A stretch of 64,000 nt of DNA from an uncultured Candidatus Saccharibacteria bacterium (lineage in GTDB: Bacteria; Patescibacteriota; Minisyncoccia; Phycocordibacterales; CAZPGN01). Position numbers and translations under genes: made by a program. The stretch spans positions 8,945-72,944 of the forward strand of contig CAZPGN010000003.1 of the NCBI GenBank assembly GCA_964586635.1, given 5' to 3'. The notes beneath the pieces were generated by a model. That model had not been told where the DNA came from and searched no databases. It saw only the letters and a program-made list of their open reading frames with translations. Shown one piece after another: positions 50,469-58,691 of this stretch. Within the stretch, counting starts at the first letter, position 1, and each line of letters begins with the position of its first letter.

Positions 50469-52179
50469 CATTGCCATGCAACACCTTTCGTAATACTTCT
50501 TCGGGAACCTCTCCCGTGGTTTTTTCACTCGCGGATTCACTGGGTCTCGGCGCTGACTGCGGAATATCCTTCGACACCCGAGGAGAAACAACGACTGGCT
50601 TACCGATCGCGCTTGCGATCGCGGCCTTGAGCGAACTATGACCAGCAAGCGGCGGCGCGCCTGTGCGAGAGAATTGCGCGCTGGCGGAATGTTGTTTGCT
50701 TTTTGTTCTTAAAGGGACCTGCGACGCCGTCCTGCGCGATGCCGATGCAACATCATCGTTCTGCAACGGGTCACGGCCAGGCCGTTCTACTCGAGCAGTG
50801 CTTATCTGTACAGGAGTCGAACGCAATTCTCGTTTGTCTGCATTTTCGTTTTTTTCCTTCGCTGGACGCACGGTCGCAGGCTGAATGGGCTCGTGCCACT
50901 TCCGTATCTCCTCTTCAACACCCTGACGCGGTTGACCGAATCTGGTGCGGGATTGCCGAATCACTGCCGCCTTGTGAGAAATCTCATCGGGCGCTATAGG
51001 CGCCATGGTAGTTGCGGAAAATGGCGGAGACCCCACACCGTCTATCATGAGCGTCATATATACTTGCGCAAAACCAAGTCCGATGAGGTCTTCAGCGGTG
51101 AATTGCGGCATGAATATTTTCTCGAGCACTTCAGCGTCAAATGGACCGACGCGGAAAGAGATCGTGGTGCCGACATTTCCGAATACGGCATTGCGAACAG
51201 TTTCGGGCATCTGCTCGATATACTGATGCGCGATAGTAAGAGATAGTTTGTATTTTCGGGCCTCCGAGAGAATGTCGGCAAAACTATCGCTCACAAATGA
51301 CTGAAACTCATCAACGAACAAGTAATATTCCGGGAGAGCGCGAAGCTCCGCCGCGGAAACTCTAGCGCGGCTCATGGCGGCAAGGTATATCTTGGTGATA
51401 AGCATGCTCCCCAACAACTGCGCGTTCGTTTCGCCTATCTTGCCCTTAGAGAGATTCATTATTAGAATCTTGCCGTCATCCATTATTTCTCGAATGTCGA
51501 ATGACGACTTCGGCTGTCCGATGATATTGCGCACAACAGGATTCGAAACAAATTGACCAATCTTATTCTGTATCGCGGCGCCTGCCTCCTGCATATATCG
51601 GTCTGTATATTTCGCGAACTCATCCACCCAGAACGCCCGCACAGAAACATCTGATATATTTTCCACCACTCGCTTGCGGAAGTCTTTGTCTGCGAGCATA
51701 CGGTTGACCCCAAGGAGCGTAGCGCCCGGATATTCAATTAGCGCGAGCAGTATGTTCGTCAGAATGTACTCCATGCGCGCAGACCAGACATCCGGCCATA
51801 TTTTCTTGAATGAAGACATGAGACCGGACACGACCAAATGACGCCGTTCTGGCTCTACGTCCTCCATTACATTGAATGAGAGCGGGCGGTCGAGGTCGTC
51901 GGGGTCAAAGTAGATTACATCCTTCACTCGTTCGGCGGGAATATAATCTAGCATAAGCTCGGCCGTTTTGCCGTGCGGGTCAATAAATCCCATTCCGTGC
52001 CCAAGTTGGATATCTTGTATCGCCATGTTTTCAAGGAGCGTGGACTTGCCCATGCCGGTTTTGCCGATGACATAAACATGACGGGTTCTATCGTCGTTTT
52101 TAATTCCGAACTTGCGCTTCTGATTGCGGAAATCAGTCTCGCCGAAGTAAATGATCTTTTCGCGATCCGACGCACTCAT
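50446..52179 (-). CDS. VirD4/TraG-like (HerA/FtsK-superfamily) ATPase of the type common in CPR
   Basis: RH.YVIGKTGMGKSTLL, IDPHG, NLSKG.IGE, LFVDEFQ, ILSEARKY.L.L..AHQY, AVFGNVGT. Confidence 0.85.
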   Translation of the reverse strand: MSASDREKIIYFGETDFRNQKRKFGIKNDDRTRHVYVIGKTGMGKSTLLENMAIQDIQLGHGMGFIDPHGKTAELMLDYIPAERVKDVIYFDPDDLDRPLSFNVMEDVEPERRHLVVSGLMSSFKKIWPDVWSARMEYILTNILLALIEYPGATLLGVNRMLADKDFRKRVVENISDVSVRAFWVDEFAKYTDRYMQEAGAAIQNKIGQFVSNPVVRNIIGQPKSSFDIREIMDDGKILIMNLSKGKIGETNAQLLGSMLITKIYLAAMSRARVSAAELRALPEYYLFVDEFQSFVSDSFADILSEARKYKLSLTIAHQYIEQMPETVRNAVFGNVGTTISFRVGPFDAEVLEKIFMPQFTAEDLIGLGFAQVYMTLMIDGVGSPPFSATTMAPIAPDEISHKAAVIRQSRTRFGQPRQGVEEEIRKWHEPIQPATVRPAKEKNENADKRELRSTPVQISTARVERPGRDPLQNDDVASASRRTASQVPLRTKSKQHSASAQFSRTGAPPLAGHSSLKAAIASAIGKPVVVSPRVSKDIPQSAPRPSESASEKTTGEVPEEVLRKVLHGNDGRPGGN

Positions 52180-52302
52180 AATTGCGCTTCAGTATATCAA
52201 AAAATTCGGCCATCCGCTAGGATACGCCGATCATCGTCCGACTGAGAGTTCCCGTCAGTATTTATTAAATTGGGAATCCTTCATCCGTGTCTGCGGGGGC
52301 TT

Positions 52303-53541
52303 TTATGGCAACAACGCTCCGCGGGTATATATGTTTGACGGGTCCCAGAGCATCCAGGAAGAAAGGCCTGCATCATAGGTAGCTTGCATTTGTGCTCGAA
52401 TCATGGGTGCGGTATAATCTGCCCCCAGATCAAAATCCTGCAGCCAGGGGCGGAGCTTGTAGGGCGAGGTACTCGCCGCAATCGATCGCGCAACTCCCTG
52501 TTCCATCGCATGTTTGACAACCGTATACGGTTCAGTAGCCGGTCGCGAAAGTCCAAGAAATCCGCTCGGATAGTGCGATGGGTAGACCATTGGAGCGATG
52601 TAGTCGAAATAAGGCAGAGCAACCTCGAGAACCTGCCCGATATTAAGGTCATCGTAGCTCGTCATTGTCATCCCAAAAAGGTCCGCAGACAGAATGGCGC
52701 CACTATCGCCAAGCTCTGCGTGCAGATACGCAAAAAATTCACCAAGCACGTCGCGCGGCGGGCTCGCCTTACTGTGCGGGAAGAAAATATCTTTCATATT
52801 TCCATCGGACGGGAAGCGCACATAGTCGAAATTTAGTTCATCAAATCCCGCGCCGTATGCATCACGCGCAATCGCAACAGCATATGTCCATGCTTCTTTC
52901 GATCCGGCATCCAACCATGCTATGCCTTTTCGATCGCGCCAAATGCCATTATCGCTTGCGCGCAGTACTGCTAGGTCAGGGCGGCGAACTACTAGATGTG
53001 GATCTTGGAATACACTTATCCGCGCGATTACATAAATGCCCTTTTCGTGGAGCGATGAAACGAACTCGCGCATATCGCGCGCCCCACATCTTGACGCCTC
53101 CCATGCGTGCAATAGAACAGGATTTTCTGGCCGAAAGGAAAGCGTTCCCGAAAAATCCTTCACATCAATGACTACGGCATTCAGCTCCGTTTCGTCGATG
53201 AGACTGACCAATTTGTTTCGAAAGCTCGGCGTGCCTGCGACACAGCTCGTCATATATATCGCCCGAACTGATTCAGGCATCTGCAGGTGACGCGCCTCCC
53301 CGGGCAGAGCTCGGCCGTATATCTCACTCGAAGCGAGCGCGGCGCCAGAATACAGGAGCGGCGAAGAAAGCTGCGCCGACGAAAAGCCAACACCGAAAAT
53401 AGAAATGAGCGCCACAATGAGGATCGGCGCCGCTCTGTCGATGCGGTCAAACACTGTCTCTCTCACGGCTTTCAAAGAGTGACGGGGGTTGGATACTGTG
53501 GCACGCTTTCTCGGCGAGAAAAGAAAGGACGACAACGACAA
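52303..53541 (-). CDS. Putative glycoside hydrolase (DUF4015-like TIM barrel); start uncertain
   Basis: TELNAVVIDVKD, IARISVFQD, GFDELNFDYVRFP, SADLFG, PMVYPSHY, RPWLQDF. Confidence 0.78.
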   Translation of the reverse strand: MSLSSFLFSPRKRATVSNPRHSLKAVRETVFDRIDRAAPILIVALISIFGVGFSSAQLSSPLLYSGAALASSEIYGRALPGEARHLQMPESVRAIYMTSCVAGTPSFRNKLVSLIDETELNAVVIDVKDFSGTLSFRPENPVLLHAWEASRCGARDMREFVSSLHEKGIYVIARISVFQDPHLVVRRPDLAVLRASDNGIWRDRKGIAWLDAGSKEAWTYAVAIARDAYGAGFDELNFDYVRFPSDGNMKDIFFPHSKASPPRDVLGEFFAYLHAELGDSGAILSADLFGMTMTSYDDLNIGQVLEVALPYFDYIAPMVYPSHYPSGFLGLSRPATEPYTVVKHAMEQGVARSIAASTSPYKLRPWLQDFDLGADYTAPMIRAQMQATYDAGLSSWMLWDPSNIYTRGALLP

Positions 53542-53659
53542 AGCCAGTTAGCACGAAAAGTCCGTTCTTTAAACCGCGCGGGAAACCAAGGAATGGCAAT
53601 GCGCTCGTCCAAAAACCGAGAAATACCAGCAGTACATATTTCCACCGTTCGCTATTCAT
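53447..53659 (-). CDS. Small membrane protein
   Basis: Two hydrophobic segments around LGFW..ALPFLGFP; TATACT 6 nt upstream of the ATG. Confidence 0.6.
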   Translation of the reverse strand: MNSERWKYVLLVFLGFWTSALPFLGFPRGLKNGLFVLTGFVVVVLSFLAEKACHSIQPPSLFESRERDSV

Positions 53660-53700
53660 GCGTACAGTATACAGCCACAGGTCCAAAAAACAATGCCGAT

Positions 53701-54387
53701 CTAGCGCTCTCCTATAACTACAACGAACTCGCCGCGAACAAGATCGGGATGCTCTAAGAACTGACGCAAGACTACTTTCGCGGGCCCAACGATGACACGC
53801 TCATGAATCTTTGTAAGTTCTTTGACAACGACAACTTTTCGCTCCGGTTCAAGCATTTCGGCTAACTTCTGTAGGGTCTTCACGAGACGATGCGTCGATT
53901 CATAGAATACATGCGAACGAGCGCTTGAAGCAATTTCTCTGAAAATCGTGTCCCGTCCTTTTTTATGCGGCAGGAATCCATGAAAAACAAACGACGAGGT
54001 CGGAACGCCCGCAACGGACAACGCCGCTGATAGCGCCGAAGGGCCCGGGATCGCCTCGATGAGGACGCTATCGCCAAAGTGACCCCGCACGAGCGATACG
54101 AGTGCGCCTCCTGGGTCCGAGATACCAGGCGTTCCTGCATCCGAAACAAGCGCGATACTCTTTCCGTCCTCGAGCAATGCGAGTATCTCCTGACTTCTTG
54201 AGGCGGGGCTATGCTCGTTGTATGACAGCACATGTGTACTAATGTCGTATTTCGAGAAGAGCCGCTTCGTAATGCGCGTGTCTTCGCACAAAACGAAATC
54301 CGCTTCGCGCAACACGCGGAGCGCCCGGAGCGTTATGTCTTCGAGGTTTCCAATCGGGGTGCTTACGATGGAAAGTTTTCCGGCCAT
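53701..54387 (-). CDS. rsmI: 16S rRNA C1402 2'-O-methyltransferase
   Basis: TPIGNLEDITLRA, EDTR, SDAGTPGISDPG, IPGPSA, YES.HR, KELTKIHE, RGEFV. Confidence 0.93.
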   Translation of the reverse strand: MAGKLSIVSTPIGNLEDITLRALRVLREADFVLCEDTRITKRLFSKYDISTHVLSYNEHSPASRSQEILALLEDGKSIALVSDAGTPGISDPGGALVSLVRGHFGDSVLIEAIPGPSALSAALSVAGVPTSSFVFHGFLPHKKGRDTIFREIASSARSHVFYESTHRLVKTLQKLAEMLEPERKVVVVKELTKIHERVIVGPAKVVLRQFLEHPDLVRGEFVVVIGER

Positions 54388-54396
54388 ATTTCTCTG

Positions 54397-55737
54397 TTAT
54401 TTTTGCACGAAACTCTCAGCAAGTTTGCAAATATCTCCCGCTCCCATCGTAATTACAACGCTCCCCGTCTTCGCGCGCGTGAGCAAACGCGTTTCTATTT
54501 TATCGAAATTGTCGAGAAATGCCGCGTCTGCATGGCGTTTACTTATTTCAGCCGCAAGCATATCGCCCGTGATGGATGGGTCATATTGCTCGCGTGCGGC
54601 ATAGATAGGAGCAATTATTACATGGTTCGCATCATGAAAACTCTTGCCAAATTCTGCAAACAAAGCCTTGGTGCGAGAATAGAGGTGCGGTTGGAAAACG
54701 ACCGTAATTTCCCGATCGGGATACATCTCGCGCGCACCCGATAGCGCCGCCCGAACCTTGTGTGGATTGTGCGCATAGTCGTCATACACCAAAACACCCG
54801 CCGAAGTTTCGCCCACAAAATCAAACCTACGCCATGTGCCAGAAAAACTTTCTAGCGATCTGGCTCGAACATCTCGCGGTATGCCGAGAAAATCGCCGAC
54901 AACATCGGCGGCCTGCGCATTGCTTACATTATGTCTTCCCGGAACACGAAGCTTATAGGAAAATGGGGCAAGTTCGGCATATGACAGCACATGACATTTC
55001 GCCTCTCCTAGAATTGGAGCAACGTGCGGGTCATCAGGGTTGCATACAAGCGCGCCGTCAGCGGGGATTTTCCTAACCAATTCTGCGAATGCTTCTTGGA
55101 TGCCAGACAAGTCCTTGAAAAAGTCGAGGTGGTCTTCATCAATATTGGTTATGACCAATATCTGCGGAGACAAGCTCAAGAACGACTTGCGATATTCGTC
55201 CGCTTCCACAACGAGGTAGTCGCTCTCTCCCGCGATAAAATTGGTGCCGCGCAAAACTCGCGCGCCAACAAATTCAGGTTGGCCGAGGTCTTCGGGCTTT
55301 AAAAGCGACCCCACGATCACGGTCGGGTCCAAACCACCGTCCCGAAGAACTTTTGCAATCATGGCGGTCGTGGTCGTCTTGCCGTGTGTCCCCGACACGG
55401 CAATGGTGTACATGTCTTCGGACACGATTTTCAGCATCTCTGGATACGAGAGAATCGGGACGCGCCTCATTCGTACTGCCTTTAGCAATTCCGGACAGAG
55501 GTCATTCCACGCAACACTGTATACGACCAGCTCCGCATCTTCAGGAATACTTTCCTCCGTTTTTCCGACCTCGATAGGAATACCGAGCTTTTCGAGCGCG
55601 TGATTCATGTCGAAATCACCAATGTCATTCCCAGTGACCCGTTTGCCGCGCGAATGCATCATGCGAGCCATCGCAGAAATGCCAATTCCTGCAATGCCCA
55701 CAAAATGTATGTTTTGTATCTTTTCCAGATCGATCAT
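54397..55737 (-). CDS. murC: UDP-N-acetylmuramate--L-alanine ligase
   Basis: HFVGIAGIGISAMA, GTHGKTTTT, VEADE, DDYAHNP, FQPH.YSRT, MGAGDI. Confidence 0.92.
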   Translation of the reverse strand: MIDLEKIQNIHFVGIAGIGISAMARMMHSRGKRVTGNDIGDFDMNHALEKLGIPIEVGKTEESIPEDAELVVYSVAWNDLCPELLKAVRMRRVPILSYPEMLKIVSEDMYTIAVSGTHGKTTTTAMIAKVLRDGGLDPTVIVGSLLKPEDLGQPEFVGARVLRGTNFIAGESDYLVVEADEYRKSFLSLSPQILVITNIDEDHLDFFKDLSGIQEAFAELVRKIPADGALVCNPDDPHVAPILGEAKCHVLSYAELAPFSYKLRVPGRHNVSNAQAADVVGDFLGIPRDVRARSLESFSGTWRRFDFVGETSAGVLVYDDYAHNPHKVRAALSGAREMYPDREITVVFQPHLYSRTKALFAEFGKSFHDANHVIIAPIYAAREQYDPSITGDMLAAEISKRHADAAFLDNFDKIETRLLTRAKTGSVVITMGAGDICKLAESFVQK

Positions 55738-57083
55738 GTTGTTTTGACGAGCGCCATAAATTGGTCGTTGCGATCGTATTCGTTCTTGAATTCCGTTCCG
55801 AACGAGGCGAATGCCGGGCTGAATAGAATACTATCACCACTATTGCCAATCTCTCTGGCGATGGACACAGCTTCGCCGAGCGAGCGCGCATCGCGGACGA
55901 CCAGGCCGTTCCCGATTGCGCCGAGTGCGGCGCGTATAGTATCCGTTCCTGTCCCCGCATACGCGACTACCGCCCTACAGTATCTGGGAATTTCTGCAAG
56001 CAAACCGTCCATATGAAGCCCTTTGTCTGTTCCGCCCATAATGAGAATGATATTCCTCGATGCTAACCCGAGTGCCCGAAGCCCTGCAACGGTTGCATCC
56101 GGGGTCGTCGCATTATTGTCATTGTAGATTTTCACGCCGCACTGTTCGCCAACGAATTGCAACCTTCCTTCTATGCCGGTGAAGCTTTCGATACCCGAGC
56201 GCAACTGCGGCTCCATAACTCCAAGCAACTCGCACGCACGCATCGCGAGCGCGGCATTGTCGCGATTGTGCGTGCCAAGAATGCGCAGGTTCCAGTCCTT
56301 GGGAAGGTCTCGCGCATCCGCCGAGACGACCCGACTTCGAATATCGGCGCCGTAATATTTTTCGATAGCAACTTCTGCGCTGGGACCGACAATAAGAACA
56401 TCTCGCTCATTCTGATATCGAAAGATATTTGCTTTGTCCGAAAAGTACCGCTTCATATCCCCGCGGTAATAGTTCATGTGGTCTTGCATGAATGTCGTAA
56501 AAATAGCTATATGCGGACTCAACCTTGAGTCCCCAAACCCCTGCAGTTGCCAAGAATCAAGCTCTAGTACGACAGTGTCCCCATCGCGGACTTTTCCAAG
56601 TAGTGCGAGCCCCTCCCCGCCCCGCACATTTCCGCCAAGCAGTACGCGACCAGCACGCCGCGCAGAGAGTATATGATATATGAGCGTAGCCGTGGTGGAT
56701 TTTCCGCGCGTACCAGTAATGCCAATGACCATTATCGAATCCCCCGCGAGTTCAGAAAAAAGCGCCGCGCTCACCTTCACCGGTACGCCATGTTTTATTG
56801 CAGTCACGATATACGGCGAATCGAGAGGCGCATCGGGAGCGCGAAGCACCATGTCGGTATTAACAAAATCATATTCTCTGTGACCGCCGAGATGATATGT
56901 GATATTTCGGTGCGCGGCAAGTTTATTGATGGAATCTCGTAGTGTATCGGCGCTTTTTAGGTCGGTTACCGTTACTAGTGCGCCCATACGCGCTAAAAAA
57001 TCCACATCGGAAATTGCCCTGCCAAGAGTGCCGAGCCCCATTACCGTTACTCGTTTTCCATTAAAATAGTCGTGTGCGTTCAT
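55734..57083 (-). CDS. murD: UDP-N-acetylmuramoyl-L-alanine--D-glutamate ligase
   Basis: VMGLG, GITGTRGKSTT, GGN, VLELDSWQL, DHMNYY, GG.DKG, FSPAFASF..FKNEYDR. Confidence 0.92.
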   Translation of the reverse strand: MNAHDYFNGKRVTVMGLGTLGRAISDVDFLARMGALVTVTDLKSADTLRDSINKLAAHRNITYHLGGHREYDFVNTDMVLRAPDAPLDSPYIVTAIKHGVPVKVSAALFSELAGDSIMVIGITGTRGKSTTATLIYHILSARRAGRVLLGGNVRGGEGLALLGKVRDGDTVVLELDSWQLQGFGDSRLSPHIAIFTTFMQDHMNYYRGDMKRYFSDKANIFRYQNERDVLIVGPSAEVAIEKYYGADIRSRVVSADARDLPKDWNLRILGTHNRDNAALAMRACELLGVMEPQLRSGIESFTGIEGRLQFVGEQCGVKIYNDNNATTPDATVAGLRALGLASRNIILIMGGTDKGLHMDGLLAEIPRYCRAVVAYAGTGTDTIRAALGAIGNGLVVRDARSLGEAVSIAREIGNSGDSILFSPAFASFGTEFKNEYDRNDQFMALVKTT

Positions 57084-57143
57084 AACACAGATACAGAGTA
57101 TAGGAAAGGCGTCCCATTCGCAATTCATGGTCCCTCTCGATGG

Positions 57144-57215
57144 GGTGAAGGGGTCAGGAGCCTTCATTTTATATATCTGCTGCACTACGAACAATTACTA
57201 GCGGAGTGCAAAAAG
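57144..57215 (-). repeat. ~70-bp dispersed element ending in the REP-like motif (copy B, inverted relative to copy A)
   Basis: 57144-57178 GGTGAAGGGGTCAGGAGCCTTCATTTTATATATCT is the reverse complement of 25625-25659. Confidence 0.85.
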
Positions 57216-57272
57216 GGGTGGCATTATACATATGCTGGAAATTAACGCGCGGAATGATATACTGCCGCTCAT

Positions 57273-57914
57273 ATGCCAAGCGCGTATGATATCCCATTTT
57301 ATGCGAAAGGATTTTATGATCACCGAGCTCGGTGGATGCATTATTTCAATCAGATACGATTCGTAGCTCGCGAGATCGCAGGACGGAAAGGTGGTCTTAT
57401 TGGCTTCAAGGCGCTTGAGGTCGGTCCTTCGCATGGTCAGGTGACAGGCTATCTCCGGAAGTTCGGAGTAGATGTTACGACACTCGATAATAAAAAGGAG
57501 TACTCGCCCGATGTCCTCGGAAGCGTGCTCGATATGCCATTCGCCGATAAGTCCTTTGATATGGTGATTGCCTGCGAAGTCCTCGAGCACTTGCCATACG
57601 AAGATTTTCCGAAAGCGCTCGCTGAACTGCGCCGTGTGTCCCGCGACAGCGTTCTCCTGTCCGAACCGGACAGCCGCCGTTTACTGCTCGGTCTTTCCCT
57701 CAAACTTCCTTTTCTTAAACAAAGACACGTCATGGTAAAAATGCATCGCGGCGGCGGACCTGTCGTTGACAAGGGTCACTACTGGGAAATAGGCGTCAGG
57801 GGCTTCCCGCTTTCCCGTATTCGGAGGTCGCTGAGAACGGCCGGATTTTCCATCGCGGAAGAACGAAATTACCTCGACACGCCCAGAAATTACTATTTTC
57901 TATTGCGTCGATAA
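57273..57914 (+). CDS. Class I SAM-dependent methyltransferase
   Basis: LEVGP..G, MPFADKSFD, CEVLEHLP, HYWEIG. Confidence 0.85.
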   Translation: MPSAYDIPFYAKGFYDHRARWMHYFNQIRFVAREIAGRKGGLIGFKALEVGPSHGQVTGYLRKFGVDVTTLDNKKEYSPDVLGSVLDMPFADKSFDMVIACEVLEHLPYEDFPKALAELRRVSRDSVLLSEPDSRRLLLGLSLKLPFLKQRHVMVKMHRGGGPVVDKGHYWEIGVRGFPLSRIRRSLRTAGFSIAEERNYLDTPRNYYFLLRR

Positions 57915-57924
57915 TACCATAGGG

Positions 57925-58254
57925 TCACCTGACTATCGAACCTGCGGGAATAACTTCTTCAGGAACTAGAAGGACCGGCTTTCCATCTCCGGCCGCGAGT
58001 ATCATGCCGTCGCTCGTGAGTCCGCGAATCGTGCGAGGCAAAAGATTTGCGAGCACAAAAACATGCTTGCCAATGAGCTGGTCGGGTTCGTGCCACTCGG
58101 CGATGCCTGACAATATCTGTCTAGGCTCTTTTTCATTGAGATCAACACGAAGACAGAGGAGCTTGTCCGCCCCAGTCACCTTCTTTGCTTCAAGAATTAT
58201 GCCTGAACAAATGTGAAGCTTCTTGAAATCATCAATAGTGACTTTTTCCAACAT
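57925..58254 (-). CDS. Stand-alone tRNA-binding OB-fold protein (MetRS C-terminal/Trbp111/CsaA family)
   Basis: TIDDFKKL, ADKLL, RQILSGI, ANL.PR.IRG..S.GMILAA. Confidence 0.87.
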   Translation of the reverse strand: MLEKVTIDDFKKLHICSGIILEAKKVTGADKLLCLRVDLNEKEPRQILSGIAEWHEPDQLIGKHVFVLANLLPRTIRGLTSDGMILAAGDGKPVLLVPEEVIPAGSIVR

Positions 58255-58329
58255 GGTGCGCGCGCTAGGGGTCGAACCTAGGACCTTTCGAGTATCAGTC
58301 GAATGCTCTACCAGCTGAGCTACGCGCGC
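58254..58329 (-). tRNA. tRNA-Ile (GAU), encoded CCA
   Basis: GCGCGCG acceptor stem, GCTC/GAGC D stem, TTCGA-CTGATAC-TCGAA anticodon arm, CTAGG-TTCGACC-CCTAG T arm, ACCA end. Confidence 0.95.
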
Positions 58330-58340
58330 AGAGCATCACG

Positions 58341-58369
58341 AATATACCAAACAACCGCCTTACATTCAA
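58341..58369 (-). promoter_or_regulatory. Putative sigma70 promoter for tRNA-Ile
   Basis: TTGAAT-17 nt-TATATT with TG extension, 11 nt upstream of the tRNA. Confidence 0.55.
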
Positions 58370-58400
58370 GGTGGTTTACCTCTGAAATATCCACGAGTGC

Positions 58401-58422
58401 GCGCTTTCTTTTGTTTCGTTCT
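58401..58422. repeat. Downstream arm of the pre-16S processing stem
   Basis: GCGCTTTCTTTTGTTTCGTTCT is the exact reverse complement of 60541-60562. Confidence 0.85.
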
Positions 58423-58691
58423 ACCTCTGTTCGATTCACCGATCGAGATGAGGATTTCTGGTGCATTTCAAGGTATCGGCACCATAACCTGCGTTTATAC
58501 AAGACAAACGATCGACATATCAGTCTTCCTGCGCGAAACGCGCGGGAAAACGTCTTTTCAATTGAATTGTTCCATGACCAGCTTCCGCTAGCCATGCCTT
58601 GTTACGACTTAACCCTTGTCACCGAGCTTACCTTAGGCCCGCATCGAGGCGAGACTTCGGGTATTCCCAGCTTCCCTGGTTTGACGGGCGG

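Noticed and set aside
50446-52179. Conjugative element or ICE
   Set aside because: No relaxase, integrase or mating-pair genes; this ATPase type is a common chromosomal CPR gene
52200-52302. Weak hairpins in the intergenic region as riboswitch or terminator
   Set aside because: Short imperfect stems that match no RNA family I recognise
2527-57178. 21-bp repeat as CRISPR repeat or integron attC
   Set aside because: Four dispersed copies in mixed orientation, no regular spacers, and no cas or integrase gene
57084-57194. N-terminal extension of MurD in the ORF track (similarly 12778-14052, 18781-19779, 29471-30961, 49299-50648)
   Set aside because: The extensions run through a repeat or overlap upstream genes; downstream ATGs fit family N-termini and coupling
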